A stretch of 64,000 bases of DNA from Candidatus Poribacteria bacterium. GTDB taxonomy: Bacteria; Poribacteria; WGA-4E; JAJDTR01. The position numbers and the translations under genes are program-made. Shown here one piece after another: positions 42,198-52,408 of the stretch. How positions within the stretch are numbered: the first letter of the stretch is position 1; every line of letters begins with the position of its first letter. Under the pieces are notes generated by a model. It was not told where the DNA came from. It saw only the letters and a program-made list of their open reading frames with translations, and did no database searches. The stretch covers positions 1,056,001 through 1,120,000 of the forward strand of contig CBDCTK010000002.1 of NCBI GenBank assembly GCA_965222225.1, in the 5' to 3' direction.

Positions 42198-43766
42198 CTA
42201 TCTTCTTCGACGGCTTGATGTGCGTTCTGTGTTACGCGTACGATCGTTCGAACGATTCTCCTGATCGTCATCATCACTACTACTACTTGCGCTTGACGAC
42301 TGGCGACTTGGAGCCGCTGATACTCTTGGGCGTGATGGGGTTGAAGAGGTACTCGACTTAGTCGAGCGGGTGCGAGAAGGTACTGAAGATGCGGTTTGCT
42401 TTCGTTCCGACCTTGAGCGGAAGTTGGACTCTCTTGGTGATGATGCGCGAGCCTGACCGGAGTAAGTTTTCGAACGATTATACAGTTGCGTGCGTCGTTC
42501 CGCATTCGAGCGTACGCGACTATTTTTCTTACTGTCTTGCAGAGCGGTCCCGCGAGAATCTGTTGACCTTCGGTTATCGGGCGACCTACGGTAAGAACCT
42601 ATGGAATTGAATCGATCTCCCAGTGTGTTTGACCTAGTACGATAACTCGTTCGCTTTCGCTTAGTCGAAATGGTTGCACTTTGCTCTACTTGATCGCTCA
42701 AGACCGGTTGCTGAGCACGATGCTTTTCAATAACCGAACGGACTCTAGGTTGGACATTTACCTGCTTAGTCGCTTTACGCGCTACCGATAATCGACTCCT
42801 ACTGTATTGGCGACGGACATTTTCGTGCTCCTGACTCCATTGATTTAGTTGTGTCCGCCTCTTTTTTACCGAGGACTTGGGCCCAACATAAACGTATCTC
42901 GGGTTTGAATATGACCGATAAGAGTATGTTGGATAATACGTGTAGTAACGATGGAGGTAATTACCGTAGGAATAGCGAACGGCGTAGTAGTGGCGATCGT
43001 AGATTGGGTAACTCCACCGGATATAGTAGTCATGGTCTGTTGCATAGTAGCACGGACCGTCGTAAAAATACAGGTAGGTGTAGTGGTGCCAAGGACGCCA
43101 TTCATAGCTCCTTGCGTATCGGTGATACCTTTGAATATGACGCTGTTGTCGGTAAGTAACAACATCAATGTACTCTATATCAAGTTGCTCGCCATCTTGG
43201 GCGACAACATGCATCTCAAGAAAGCCGTTACCAACGTGGCCTGCAGCGGGAATCTTAATCGTTTCCGAGCGGCGCTTTGCTCTTAACGCGAACGTATCAC
43301 CGTAGCGTGTTTCATCAGCATGTTTGTCATCATAACCGCGTCGTGTGTATTCACGTTTAGTATTACGAATCCAAACACGTCCGGCAATCGATTCGTAATC
43401 CTCAATGTAGGGCTCGTTGGGATCTCCCCGGTAACGCACCAATATCTCAATGTATTGAGCTTGTGCAGGAATCTCAAAGAAGTATACTGCGCTGGCTATA
43501 GCAAATTCGTAATCATCCTCTTGAAAATTCTGGCTTGCCCAAGCCGTCAAGCGGGCACCTTCTTCAAAGTGAGGACTTGCGTTAATTGTTGCGTTGCCTC
43601 GTTCAATCCACTCATCCACATCGTTGCCTGCCCGATGTTCGCGGCTTAGCCGATTCGAATAGTCACTGTAGTCATAGTCAACTTGGCTTACCGCCGGTAT
43701 AGCAAGCATAAAGAGGCAACTTAACAGCGCCAACGGACCCAAAATGTTAATTCGGACGCTCATCAT
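42198..43766 (-). CDS. Secreted hypothetical protein with a Tyr-rich segment and an Arg/Ser-rich low-complexity tail
   Basis: AGGAG RBS before MMSVRIN; signal peptide; strong composition bias. Confidence 0.75.
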   Translation of the reverse strand: MMSVRINILGPLALLSCLFMLAIPAVSQVDYDYSDYSNRLSREHRAGNDVDEWIERGNATINASPHFEEGARLTAWASQNFQEDDYEFAIASAVYFFEIPAQAQYIEILVRYRGDPNEPYIEDYESIAGRVWIRNTKREYTRRGYDDKHADETRYGDTFALRAKRRSETIKIPAAGHVGNGFLEMHVVAQDGEQLDIEYIDVVTYRQQRHIQRYHRYARSYEWRPWHHYTYLYFYDGPCYYATDHDYYIRWSYPIYDRHYYAVRYSYGNYLHRYYTYYPTYSYRSYSNPRYVYVGPKSSVKKRRTQLNQWSQEHENVRRQYSRSRLSVARKATKQVNVQPRVRSVIEKHRAQQPVLSDQVEQSATISTKRKRTSYRTRSNTLGDRFNSIGSYRRSPDNRRSTDSRGTALQDSKKNSRVRSNAERRTQLYNRSKTYSGQARASSPRESNFRSRSERKQTASSVPSRTRSTKSSTSSTPSRPRVSAAPSRQSSSASSSSDDDDQENRSNDRTRNTERTSSRRRR

Positions 43767-43990
43767 AATCTCTCCTAAAACGGAATGGGCTTTATATACC
43801 CAAAGAAATAATCTAGATGCCATAGCCGCCATGAACAATTACCAAAGAACTACATGGTTATAGAAGCGAGTTCGGTCCGCCTCCAATCTCTGTTTTCAAC
43901 CTGTAGTAATAGTGGTACAAACTGTCGCAAAACTGATACTTTTTCCCGAATTATGCATTATTTGAAGAAGGAATTGTCATATTAGATTTG

Positions 43991-44371
43991 TTATTTGGCT
44001 TTGGCATCAAGCTTAAGGCCTTTCCAATCTGCTACGTCCTTGTCCTGTGGTGTAATAATCGCAGGCTTATCAACCATCAACTCCCGGATAATCGGAATAA
44101 GGCCGGTAAGAACCAGTGTGCAAATCATTGTCTCGTCTTGTCTAGTGTCACTACATACCACGACTCAAAGATACTTCGTCGCCCAAAAACACGTGAGCAC
44201 ACTTACAGTCCTTACAATTTCAATGCCAAGTTTCAGTAGAGTCTTGACGAAATCCTTCCTAGTTGAAAATATCACTGATGGATTCTCTAGCACTCAAGGC
44301 TCTTCGCGAAAATCATCGGATGCGGCAACTACAATCTCATTGGCGAGAATCGCCTAGATTAGCGCTTTCAC
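43991..44371 (-). pseudogene. Possible degraded ORF of unknown family
   Basis: One minus frame reads VKALI*AILANE...KPAIITPQDKDVADWKGLKLDAKAK* with three internal stops. Confidence 0.2.
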
Positions 44372-44565
44372 AATATCACGTTCTCCAACACACTTTTCAA
44401 GCTGATAAAGCGAAGCGCTAGATTCACTTAAGCCGCATCAAATATTGCTAACGCCAGCTTATCCGCTGCGAATGCAGGTGGATATTTAGGGCTGCCGTAA
44501 GGTTTCTTCCACGACGCTTTCGGCATGTAGGGAAAGATTGCGAGCCTTGATGATGGAAGACACGT

Positions 44566-45273
44566 TTAATCTCGCAATAGCTCAACCGCTTCACCGCCAC
44601 GTAATCCCGCGGCATTTGAATCGTCAGTGTCTAAATGCATCTGCAGGACGTAGGAGGAGGAAATTTTTGGTCGGATGTTTTCAAGCGTTAAAGCACGTTC
44701 ACCAGAAATTCGCACCTTTAACAAATCGCCTTCTTCTACCCCGAAAGATGTTGCAATTTGGGGAGTCATATGAACGTGCCGAGTCGCGCATATCGCGCCT
44801 TCGTTCAAGTAGACCGATCCTGCTGGTCCGATCAGGCTTATTGGTTCTGAGCCCGTGAGATCGCCTGAATCGCGAATAGGTGGATCCAGCCCCAATCGAA
44901 TGGCATCCGTGCGTGCAAGTTCTACCTGTGTATAGTCTCTCGCCGGGCCCAAGATTCGCACACCCTCAATTGACCGCATCCGTCGTCCAACCACGGTCAA
45001 CGTCTCCTTTGCGGCAAACGCTCCCGGTTGATACAACGGTGCAAGAGTGGTTAATTGATGTCCCTTCCCGTAAAGAACGTCTAGGTGCTCTTGGGAAACA
45101 TGGGCGTGCCTCGCCGAAACGCCAACAGGAATCTTCTTTTGGGAGATTGCGGCATCGCAGGCGCGTTGGCCCGCATCACAAACTCGCAAGGCACAACCGC
45201 TACAGGATTGTTCGCCGCCAATCTGCTCTAATACCTTGCGCGAAATTGTTTCAATTAACGCCTGGTCTCGCAT
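44566..45273 (-). CDS. pduL: Phosphate propanoyltransferase PduL with an N-terminal encapsulation peptide
   Basis: VGVSARHAH, LYQPGAFAA, RILGP.R..TQVE, RHVHM, MHLDTDDSNAA. Confidence 0.93.
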   Translation of the reverse strand: MRDQALIETISRKVLEQIGGEQSCSGCALRVCDAGQRACDAAISQKKIPVGVSARHAHVSQEHLDVLYGKGHQLTTLAPLYQPGAFAAKETLTVVGRRMRSIEGVRILGPARDYTQVELARTDAIRLGLDPPIRDSGDLTGSEPISLIGPAGSVYLNEGAICATRHVHMTPQIATSFGVEEGDLLKVRISGERALTLENIRPKISSSYVLQMHLDTDDSNAAGLRGGEAVELLRD

Positions 45274-45291
45274 GCGTGATGGACCCTAGTT

Positions 45292-45621
45292 TCAACTTGA
45301 TGAATCTTCGCCATTCAGGCCAAGGGGCAACGCAGGCTCATTCTCCGAGAACGAAGGTAGAATCGATTCAACTTCCGCATGCGGTCTCGGGATTACGTGG
45401 ACTGAAACAACTTCACCGATCTTTGCAGCTGCTTCCGCTCCGACATCGGTCGCGGCTTTTACCGCTCCAACATCGCCGCGTACCATAACGGTCACATAAC
45501 CGCCGCCAATCTTTTCATATCCGACAAGCTGTACATTTGCGGCTTTTACCATCGCGTCCGCGGCTTCTACACTTCCCACCAAACCTCTCGTTTCAACTAA
45601 GCCCAATGCATCTCCAGCCAT
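45292..45621 (-). CDS. eutM: BMC-H hexameric shell protein (EutM/PduA-like)
   Basis: [39 protein letters not shown]; exact ortholog not resolvable. Confidence 0.9.
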   Translation of the reverse strand: MAGDALGLVETRGLVGSVEAADAMVKAANVQLVGYEKIGGGYVTVMVRGDVGAVKAATDVGAEAAAKIGEVVSVHVIPRPHAEVESILPSFSENEPALPLGLNGEDSSS

Positions 45622-45704
45622 ACTTTATCGTTGCCTCCTCAAACTCCCATATCTAATCTGAAAGGTTTTGTGTCAATAAATCCTTAAAAACCCAATTGCA
45701 TGCC

Positions 45705-45733
45705 AGTATATCACAATGTTCTTGGTGATTCAA
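45705..45733 (-). promoter_or_regulatory. Extended -10 sigma70 promoter for BMC-H and pduL
   Basis: TTGAAT-17bp-TATACT with a TG extension. Confidence 0.55.
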
Positions 45734-45812
45734 CCGAAACTGCGTTACACCATCTTCAGTTATAATTCCCCTGAATCCTTCCGCTTAGACTTGTTGCAAC
45801 GCGCATAAACTA

Positions 45813-46632
45813 GGTTCTGTTGACATTTGGTCATAAGGTTGTGGCATGATATAAGCATTATGCAAATAACTTTGCCTGATGACCAATGGGAAAAAATCTA
45901 CCAGTTTCTTTTAAGCCGTTCCAACATCTATGTCCGCAACGAAGCGGCAACCTGACGATTCGTCGAAGCTGTGCTGTGGGTGGCTCGTAGCGGTGCCCAA
46001 TGGAGACTTTTGCCTATCGCCTATGGCAATTGGAACTCCATCCACAAGCGGTTTGGCCGGTGGTGCGACAAAGGCGGCTTCACACAGATGCACAATCACT
46101 TCGATTCTGAGCCAGATATGGAGTGGCTTATTGTTGACAGTACCGTTTGCCGGGCTCATCCATGTGCGGTTGGTGCCTCAAAAAAAACGGTGGTACTGAA
46201 GACCAAGCGCTAGGCCGCTCTCAAGGCGGCTTCAGTACAAAAATCCACACCACAGCTGACGGATTGGGTAATGCTCTTAGAATCCATCTAACACCCGGTC
46301 AGAGACACAACATAATTGAGGCAGAAGCGTTAATAGTCGGATATAACTGCGAGTATGTTATTGGAGACAAAGAGTACAACTCGCACGATTTTATCGACGC
46401 TATTGAGGCGAATGGTGCAACGGCGGTGATACCTTCTCGACGTAATCGTGACAGCCAAAGAACATATGACAAACATCTATACAAAGAGAGACATCTGGTT
46501 GAATGTTTCTTCAACCAGATAAAATGGTATCGTCGTATCTTTTCTCGTTTCGAGAAGCGGGCTGTTCGTTATTTTGGATTTCTAAGTTTTGTCTCTACTC
46601 TCATCTGGCTCCGTTGAAATGTCAACAGATCC
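45813..46632 (+). mobile_element. IS5-family (IS427-like) insertion sequence
   Basis: TIRs GGTTCTGTTGACATTT / AAATGTCAACAGATCC; TA duplication in a CTAG context; 820 bp. Confidence 0.9.
45860..46617 (+). pseudogene. IS5 transposase (two frames joined at an A-run) with a premature stop
   Basis: [40 protein letters not shown]; in-frame TGA at 45953-45955; A-run near 46180-46187. Confidence 0.85.
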
Positions 46633-46637
46633 TAGTA

Positions 46638-46902
46638 ATACCATTTCGCTTGAATAATAGTGCATATGATATCTGAATTATATCGCTCACTTTCTCCGTA
46701 GGCGGGAATCAAGCGAACGAATAGATCAAGTGGCCGACTAGGATCAAACGAGTGAATAACGAGTGCGATAGTAAATCCCGTGCGATAGGGATCCCCTTGC
46801 CCCGCCTATTTTGCGCGGAGATAAGGCTTTTTACTCCGCCCCACACAAGTTTCTTTACTTAATCCGCGTAATCAATACACTTGAATTTTAGAGAAATGGT
46901 AT
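46638..46902. mobile_element. MITE-like element containing a REP-like palindrome and a nested repeat
   Basis: Terminal inverted repeats ATACCATTTC/GAAATGGTAT; internal TAGGCGGG...CCCGCCTA. Confidence 0.55.
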
Positions 46903-47060
46903 AACATGATAACTACAGTCAAGTATTACACCTGGCTTAAAGCGCCGTGCCCAAGGTTTAGTCTCCTCGTACCTGTTATAGCTCTCACACAAGACACACT
47001 TGCCTGTCTTGACATCCTCACTTTCAGCAGCGATTAAGGAAGCCTGCCGACCTCGGGTGC

Positions 47061-49259
47061 CTACTCCGGTTGACTCGAAGAAGTATCGATTCCATTTGCC
47101 ACCTTGACTTGCCTGCGCCGAGAATGGAGCACGGGCTCGGTGTATCCGTTTGAAACTGCTCTACCGTTAAATACTAAGTCAAGTGCCGCCTCAAAAGCAA
47201 TACTCTCGTCGAATTGAGATGACATCTTTCGATAATTTTCATCTGTCGCATTCTGCTTGTCAACAACCTCTGCCATACGCTTGAATGTCTCGACAACTTG
47301 CTCCCTAGTTACAATCTGGTGATGCAACCAATTGGCGATGTGTTGACTTGATATACGCAACGTCGCACGATCTTCCATCAATGCTACTCCATGAATATCC
47401 GACACCTTAGAGCAACCAACCCCTTGGTCCACCCAGCGCACAACGTAACCTAGTATGCCCTGAGCATTATTGTTCAACTCCTGTTGGATTTCAGACTCCG
47501 ACAATTCTCTGTCCAAGATGGGTGGTGTCAAGATATGATCTAGATTCGCACGTCCTCTGCTTGCGAGGTCATTCTGTCTCGTCACCACACTTACTTTATG
47601 GTAATGGATAGCATGGAGCACGGCAGCCATCGGGGACGGGACCCAAGCTGTACTAGCTCCTGCCTGCGGATGATTTATCTTGGATTTAAACATATCTCGC
47701 ATCAAGTCCGGCATCGCCCACATTCCTTTGCCAATTTGCGCCTTGCCCACAAGCCCGGTTTCAATCCCGATATCTACATTCCAATCCTCATAGGCGTTCA
47801 TCCACGGCTGGTTTTTAATCTCCATTTTAGGGAGCATCGGCCCTAGTTCCATGCTAGTGTGAATTTCATCTCCCGTCCTGTCCAAGAATCCCGTATTAAT
47901 GAACACAACGCGTTCCTTCGCAACACGCAGCACTTCCTTCAGATTAATGGTAGTACGTCGTTCCTCGTCCATGATTCCGATTTTGATCGTATTTCTTTCA
48001 AGTCCCAGCGCGTCTTCAACCCTTTCAAAAAGTTCAACCGTCGCTTCTACTTCCTCTCGTCCATGCAATTTCGGCTTAACAATGTAAATGCTGCCAATTC
48101 GGCTATTGCTGTATTTTCCATTTCCCTTCAAATCGTGCATGGCTGCCAGAGATGTGACCATGACATCAAGGAAGGCTTCCGGAATCTGTTCTCCATCTGA
48201 TGTAACCACTGCATCAGTATACATATGGATTCCGACATTGCGTATAAGAAGCAAACTTCGTCCCGGTAAGGTGAGGATATCTCCCTCGGGCGTCAGAAAT
48301 GTCTTATCGGGATTTAGTCGACGGATTATCGACTCTCCATTTTTCTCAAGAGAGGCTTCAAGTGTTCCTTTCATTATACCGGTCCAATTCCCGTAGACCC
48401 TAATTTTGTCAGCGGCATCAACGGTAGCGACAGAGTCTTCACAGTCTTGGATGGTAGTAATAGCGGCTTCTAGCAAGACGTCTTTTATTCCTGCAGGATG
48501 AGTCTTCCCTACCGGACTCTCACGATCTAGCAGAATTTCGATATGCAGTCCGTTGTTTCTCAGCAATATACTGCTTAATTCATCTCCTGCCTTCGTAAAC
48601 CCAACAAATTTGCTTGGATCCGCCAAACCCACCTTGCGATCTTTATCATGCCTCGCGACTAGTTGTTGTCCTTTGAGTTCGAATTGCGTGACTTCGGAAT
48701 ACGTCCCATCTTCAAGAGCGACAGTCTCGTCCAGAAATGCTGATGCCTCGGCAATTACAAGCGCGCCACGAACAGGATTATAGGTCGATCTCCGTCCTGC
48801 ACCGTCCTCTTCTGAAATCACATCGGTGCCATACAATGCGTCATATAGGCTTCCCCAACGTGCGTTTGCAGCATTTAGTGCATAACGGGCATTATCAACA
48901 GGTACAACCAATTGGGGGCCCGCAATAGTCGCAATTTCCGGATCGACATTTGTTGTCGTTACGCAAAAATCTTCACCTTCAGGAAGAAGATAGCCAATTT
49001 CGCTCAGAAATTCTTTATACTTTTCCATTTCAATTGGCTGACCCTTTTGTGCCAAATGCCACTCGTCAATCTGTTTCTGTAGTGCATCGCGCTTCTCCAA
49101 CAGTGCCCGGTTCTTTTCGCCCAAGTCTCTAACAATTTTGCCGAACTCGGACCAAAAAATATCGCCGTTCACGCCTGTACCCGGCGCAATCTCGTCCTGC
49201 ACCAGTTGATACAAACATTGGTCAACCTTGAGTCCACCGACTTCTACTACATCTGCCAT
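47061..49259 (-). CDS. glcB: Malate synthase G
   Basis: [54 protein letters not shown]. Confidence 0.97.
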   Translation of the reverse strand: MADVVEVGGLKVDQCLYQLVQDEIAPGTGVNGDIFWSEFGKIVRDLGEKNRALLEKRDALQKQIDEWHLAQKGQPIEMEKYKEFLSEIGYLLPEGEDFCVTTTNVDPEIATIAGPQLVVPVDNARYALNAANARWGSLYDALYGTDVISEEDGAGRRSTYNPVRGALVIAEASAFLDETVALEDGTYSEVTQFELKGQQLVARHDKDRKVGLADPSKFVGFTKAGDELSSILLRNNGLHIEILLDRESPVGKTHPAGIKDVLLEAAITTIQDCEDSVATVDAADKIRVYGNWTGIMKGTLEASLEKNGESIIRRLNPDKTFLTPEGDILTLPGRSLLLIRNVGIHMYTDAVVTSDGEQIPEAFLDVMVTSLAAMHDLKGNGKYSNSRIGSIYIVKPKLHGREEVEATVELFERVEDALGLERNTIKIGIMDEERRTTINLKEVLRVAKERVVFINTGFLDRTGDEIHTSMELGPMLPKMEIKNQPWMNAYEDWNVDIGIETGLVGKAQIGKGMWAMPDLMRDMFKSKINHPQAGASTAWVPSPMAAVLHAIHYHKVSVVTRQNDLASRGRANLDHILTPPILDRELSESEIQQELNNNAQGILGYVVRWVDQGVGCSKVSDIHGVALMEDRATLRISSQHIANWLHHQIVTREQVVETFKRMAEVVDKQNATDENYRKMSSQFDESIAFEAALDLVFNGRAVSNGYTEPVLHSRRRQVKVANGIDTSSSQPE

Positions 49260-49433
49260 AAATAATCCTTTCGCTTTTCTGGCACGTTAAGTGATCTGTC
49301 CCTGTGAACCGAACATAATGGGAGTTTTCCCGTGTGGATTATCACCATAATGAATCGCATTATCTAGTTGGCTGGGTTGAATAATCCAATAACCGGATGT
49401 TGGCTGAAATCTCGGTACTGATGTATGTCAGAG

Positions 49434-49958
49434 TTATCCATTATTAGAACCTAGTTCAAATTTCTTTCGCAACATCTTGACGACAATTGGCGGCACCATT
49501 TCAAGCAACTTTTTATCGCTCATCTTCGTACTGCCCATTTGGAAAATCTCTACGACTAGCGTTGAGCTGAGGTAAGCGTATTTGGCGTTTGCCATCATGA
49601 ACAGCGTGTCAACCCCCGGAGCAATCTGGTGGTTCATCCGTGCCATCTGAAATTCATATTCAAAGTCAGACATCTCTCGCAGTCCACGAACAACGACACA
49701 CGCTCCACGCTCGTGTGCATACTGCGCCGTGAGGCCCGAATACTGTTCAATTGTGATATGGTCATAACCCTCGGTCACCGATTCCAACATCTCTATTCGA
49801 TCCTCAAGTGTAAAGCGCGGTGGTTTGGCGATGTTAATGCCGATAGCAATTACAATCTCGTCGAAGAGAGAAAGCCTAGAGATTCTATCTATCAAATCCA
49901 CGTGACCGTTGGTAACAGGGTCGAAACTAGCAGGGAAAATAGCAACCTTTCGTGACAA
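49434..49958 (-). CDS. coaD: Pantetheine-phosphate adenylyltransferase
   Basis: FPASFDPVTNGHVD, VRGLR..SDFEYE, LSST; TTG start with an AGGGAG RBS. Confidence 0.95.
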   Translation of the reverse strand: MSRKVAIFPASFDPVTNGHVDLIDRISRLSLFDEIVIAIGINIAKPPRFTLEDRIEMLESVTEGYDHITIEQYSGLTAQYAHERGACVVVRGLREMSDFEYEFQMARMNHQIAPGVDTLFMMANAKYAYLSSTLVVEIFQMGSTKMSDKKLLEMVPPIVVKMLRKKFELGSNNG

Positions 49959-50128
49959 GGATGACTCCCTTCTTAGATGATGTTTCGTCGAAAAAATGTT
50001 GTGGTTCAATTCCGATTCTCGCAGTCACGGGGCATTTACAATTCCTGTGCTATTGTGCCGTTGAACAGTGGGTATCGCCGTCCTTCAATGTCGTCGGCCG
50101 AGTTTCGTGATTGCTTCAAGCGCAAAAA

Positions 50129-50157
50129 AGTGTAGCATAGGTCAATTTCAATCTCAA
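50129..50157 (-). promoter_or_regulatory. Extended -10 promoter for coaD
   Basis: TTGAGA-17bp-TACACT with a TG extension. Confidence 0.5.
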
Positions 50158-50500
50158 GGAAAAAGGGGAAAGCTGTCGAGAACGTTGCATAAAAGAGCAA
50201 ATCCTTCCATTTCTGGCAACTTCCGATAATAAATATTGCATTTTGACAAGGTACTGCGCGCCAGGTCCCCGGCCGCTCCTGCTAGATTGGCAAATCCAGC
50301 AAATCTAATCTGCTAAACGTGTATATATTTTATATTTAAACCTGCTCTGCAGGTATGCTATTGTCATTAACACAACAAATTTAAGATTCTTTCTATTGAA
50401 GTCGCCGAGGAATATTGTTAGAATTTCGCACCTTCTTATCTCTGTATAGAAAACTCCGGAGGGAAAGCTCTTGATTGTATCTGAATATTAAGCTTGGAGG

Positions 50501-52045
50501 GTGATAATATCCATGCGCAGATTAAAAGCAGGTTCCGAAGGGACGCGCTGGTGGCTTCTCATAGCGATAATTGCAATGGTGGTCTTGGCAAGTATTTGGA
50601 TCTGGATTTCCGATGCCGGACAGCGCCAAGAGAAGGTTTTTCAAGCTGTAATTGTGGCGATAATCTCTCTCTTCCTGATTCTTTGCTGGTTGTTAATCTT
50701 CTCGCGCCTAAAATGGCGAATTCGGATTATCTCTCTTGGGGCAATTATCTTGGTAATCCTACTTAGCATCGCCTTCTTTCGTATTCGCGGTTTCACAGGT
50801 GACTTGGTGCCAATTCTAGAATGGCGTTGGACACGAACACTCAGCGAGTCAACAATGCCAGACCATGAGGTAACTTCACAACTCCTGGTTAGCGACTATC
50901 CGCAGTTCCAGGGTCCAAACCGCAACGCCACACTTAACGGAATAAGGTTAGCGCGAGATTGGACGGTCCGACCGCCGAGATTGGTGTGGCGTCAGCCAAT
51001 CGGCGAAGGCTGGTCGGCATTCGCAGTAGTCGGGGATTCGGCGATTACACAAGCACAAGAAGGAGAAATGGAGAAGGTCGTCTGCTACGAGTTAAAGACA
51101 GGTGAGTTGAAATGGAGTCATAGCGATCATGCAAGGTTTGAAGTAGCTCCTGCGGGGATTGGTCCTCGTGCCACTCCAACAATTGCCGGTAATCGCGTAT
51201 ACACACTCGGAGCAACCGGACTACTGAATTGTCTTGATTTTGCAACTGGAAGATCCATTTGGTCGACAGATATCATTCACGACAATACGTCTAAGGTTGC
51301 TGACTGGGGCTTGAGCGGTTCGCCGCTAGTTATCAATGACTCGGTCGTCGTGAGCGCGGGTGGGATGGAAAGCAAATCTCTGGTAGCGTATCACAAGGAT
51401 ACCGGGGAAATCATGTGGAGTGGCGGAAACGATTCGGCGGGTTACAGTTCACCACAACTAAGAACGCTTGCCAGAATCCCTCAAATTCTAATATTCAACT
51501 ATAAGAGCGTCGTATCGCACGATCCCAATACGGGACACGTTCTTTGGCGCTACGCATGGCCTAGTGCAGAATCAGTCGCACAGCCGGTTCCACTGCCTAA
51601 CGACCAACTCCTCGTATCCAGCGGCTACGGGATCGGATCAAAACTTTTCCGAATCCAGCGTGATATAGGCGGAAAACTACAAGCGAACCTTGTCTGGGAA
51701 AGCCTAGGCTTAAAGGCGAAATTCACAAATGTTGTCTACAGAGATGGATATGTCTATGGGCTTGACGATGGAATTCTCGTATGCTTAGACATTTCTAACG
51801 GCAAACGGACATGGAAGAAAGGGAGGTATGGGCATGGTCAAATGATTCTGGTCGATGATTTATTGCTTGTACAAGCCGAATCTGGAGATGTCGTCTTGTT
51901 AGAAGCCAACCCAACTTCCCATGTGGAACTTGGGCGATTTAGTGCTCTGATGGGAAGAACGTGGAATAACCCTACACTTGCGGTTCCTTATCTGCTTGTT
52001 CGAAATGACCGTGAGGCCGCGTGCTACGAACTGCCACTGGAATAA
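50501..52045 (+). CDS. PQQ-like (BamB-type) beta-propeller protein with N-terminal TM helices
   Basis: YPQFQGPNRN, GPRATPT, GYSSP, TG...W repeats, TWNNP. Confidence 0.88.
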   Translation: MIISMRRLKAGSEGTRWWLLIAIIAMVVLASIWIWISDAGQRQEKVFQAVIVAIISLFLILCWLLIFSRLKWRIRIISLGAIILVILLSIAFFRIRGFTGDLVPILEWRWTRTLSESTMPDHEVTSQLLVSDYPQFQGPNRNATLNGIRLARDWTVRPPRLVWRQPIGEGWSAFAVVGDSAITQAQEGEMEKVVCYELKTGELKWSHSDHARFEVAPAGIGPRATPTIAGNRVYTLGATGLLNCLDFATGRSIWSTDIIHDNTSKVADWGLSGSPLVINDSVVVSAGGMESKSLVAYHKDTGEIMWSGGNDSAGYSSPQLRTLARIPQILIFNYKSVVSHDPNTGHVLWRYAWPSAESVAQPVPLPNDQLLVSSGYGIGSKLFRIQRDIGGKLQANLVWESLGLKAKFTNVVYRDGYVYGLDDGILVCLDISNGKRTWKKGRYGHGQMILVDDLLLVQAESGDVVLLEANPTSHVELGRFSALMGRTWNNPTLAVPYLLVRNDREAACYELPLE

Positions 52046-52291
52046 TCGGTTTTTCTATTTTAATCGAATCTTCGCACGACGGCAAAGTTCGATGCGTGCA
52101 AATCCGATTTGGTGTCAGGGCAATCTCACCTGATTCTGTAGAATCGAAAATCACCAAATTCATTGATAATCTTCAAATCAGTGATTTTCTTTCTTCGCTT
52201 CCCCATTCACGCCCGATTCAGCACGAGGCAACGGGCAACTCTAAAACCAAAACAGTAGATGTAATTGCCCTGACGAACCTCAATTCAAGCA

Positions 52292-52320
52292 TTGCTTAGA
52301 AATCGTAGCCATGCTAAAAT
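52292..52320 (+). promoter_or_regulatory. Extended -10 promoter
   Basis: TTGCTT-17bp-TAAAAT with a TG extension. Confidence 0.5.
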
Positions 52321-52334
52321 TCGCTCGCTACATT

Positions 52335-52374
52335 TTAGCGTTTAGTAATTCGACTTAGCGTTTAGTAATTCGAC
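52335..52374. repeat. Perfect 20-bp tandem duplication
   Basis: TTAGCGTTTAGTAATTCGAC x2. Confidence 0.9.
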
Positions 52375-52408
52375 GGACTTCTAAATACAACAGAGCGGAG
52401 GTAACACT

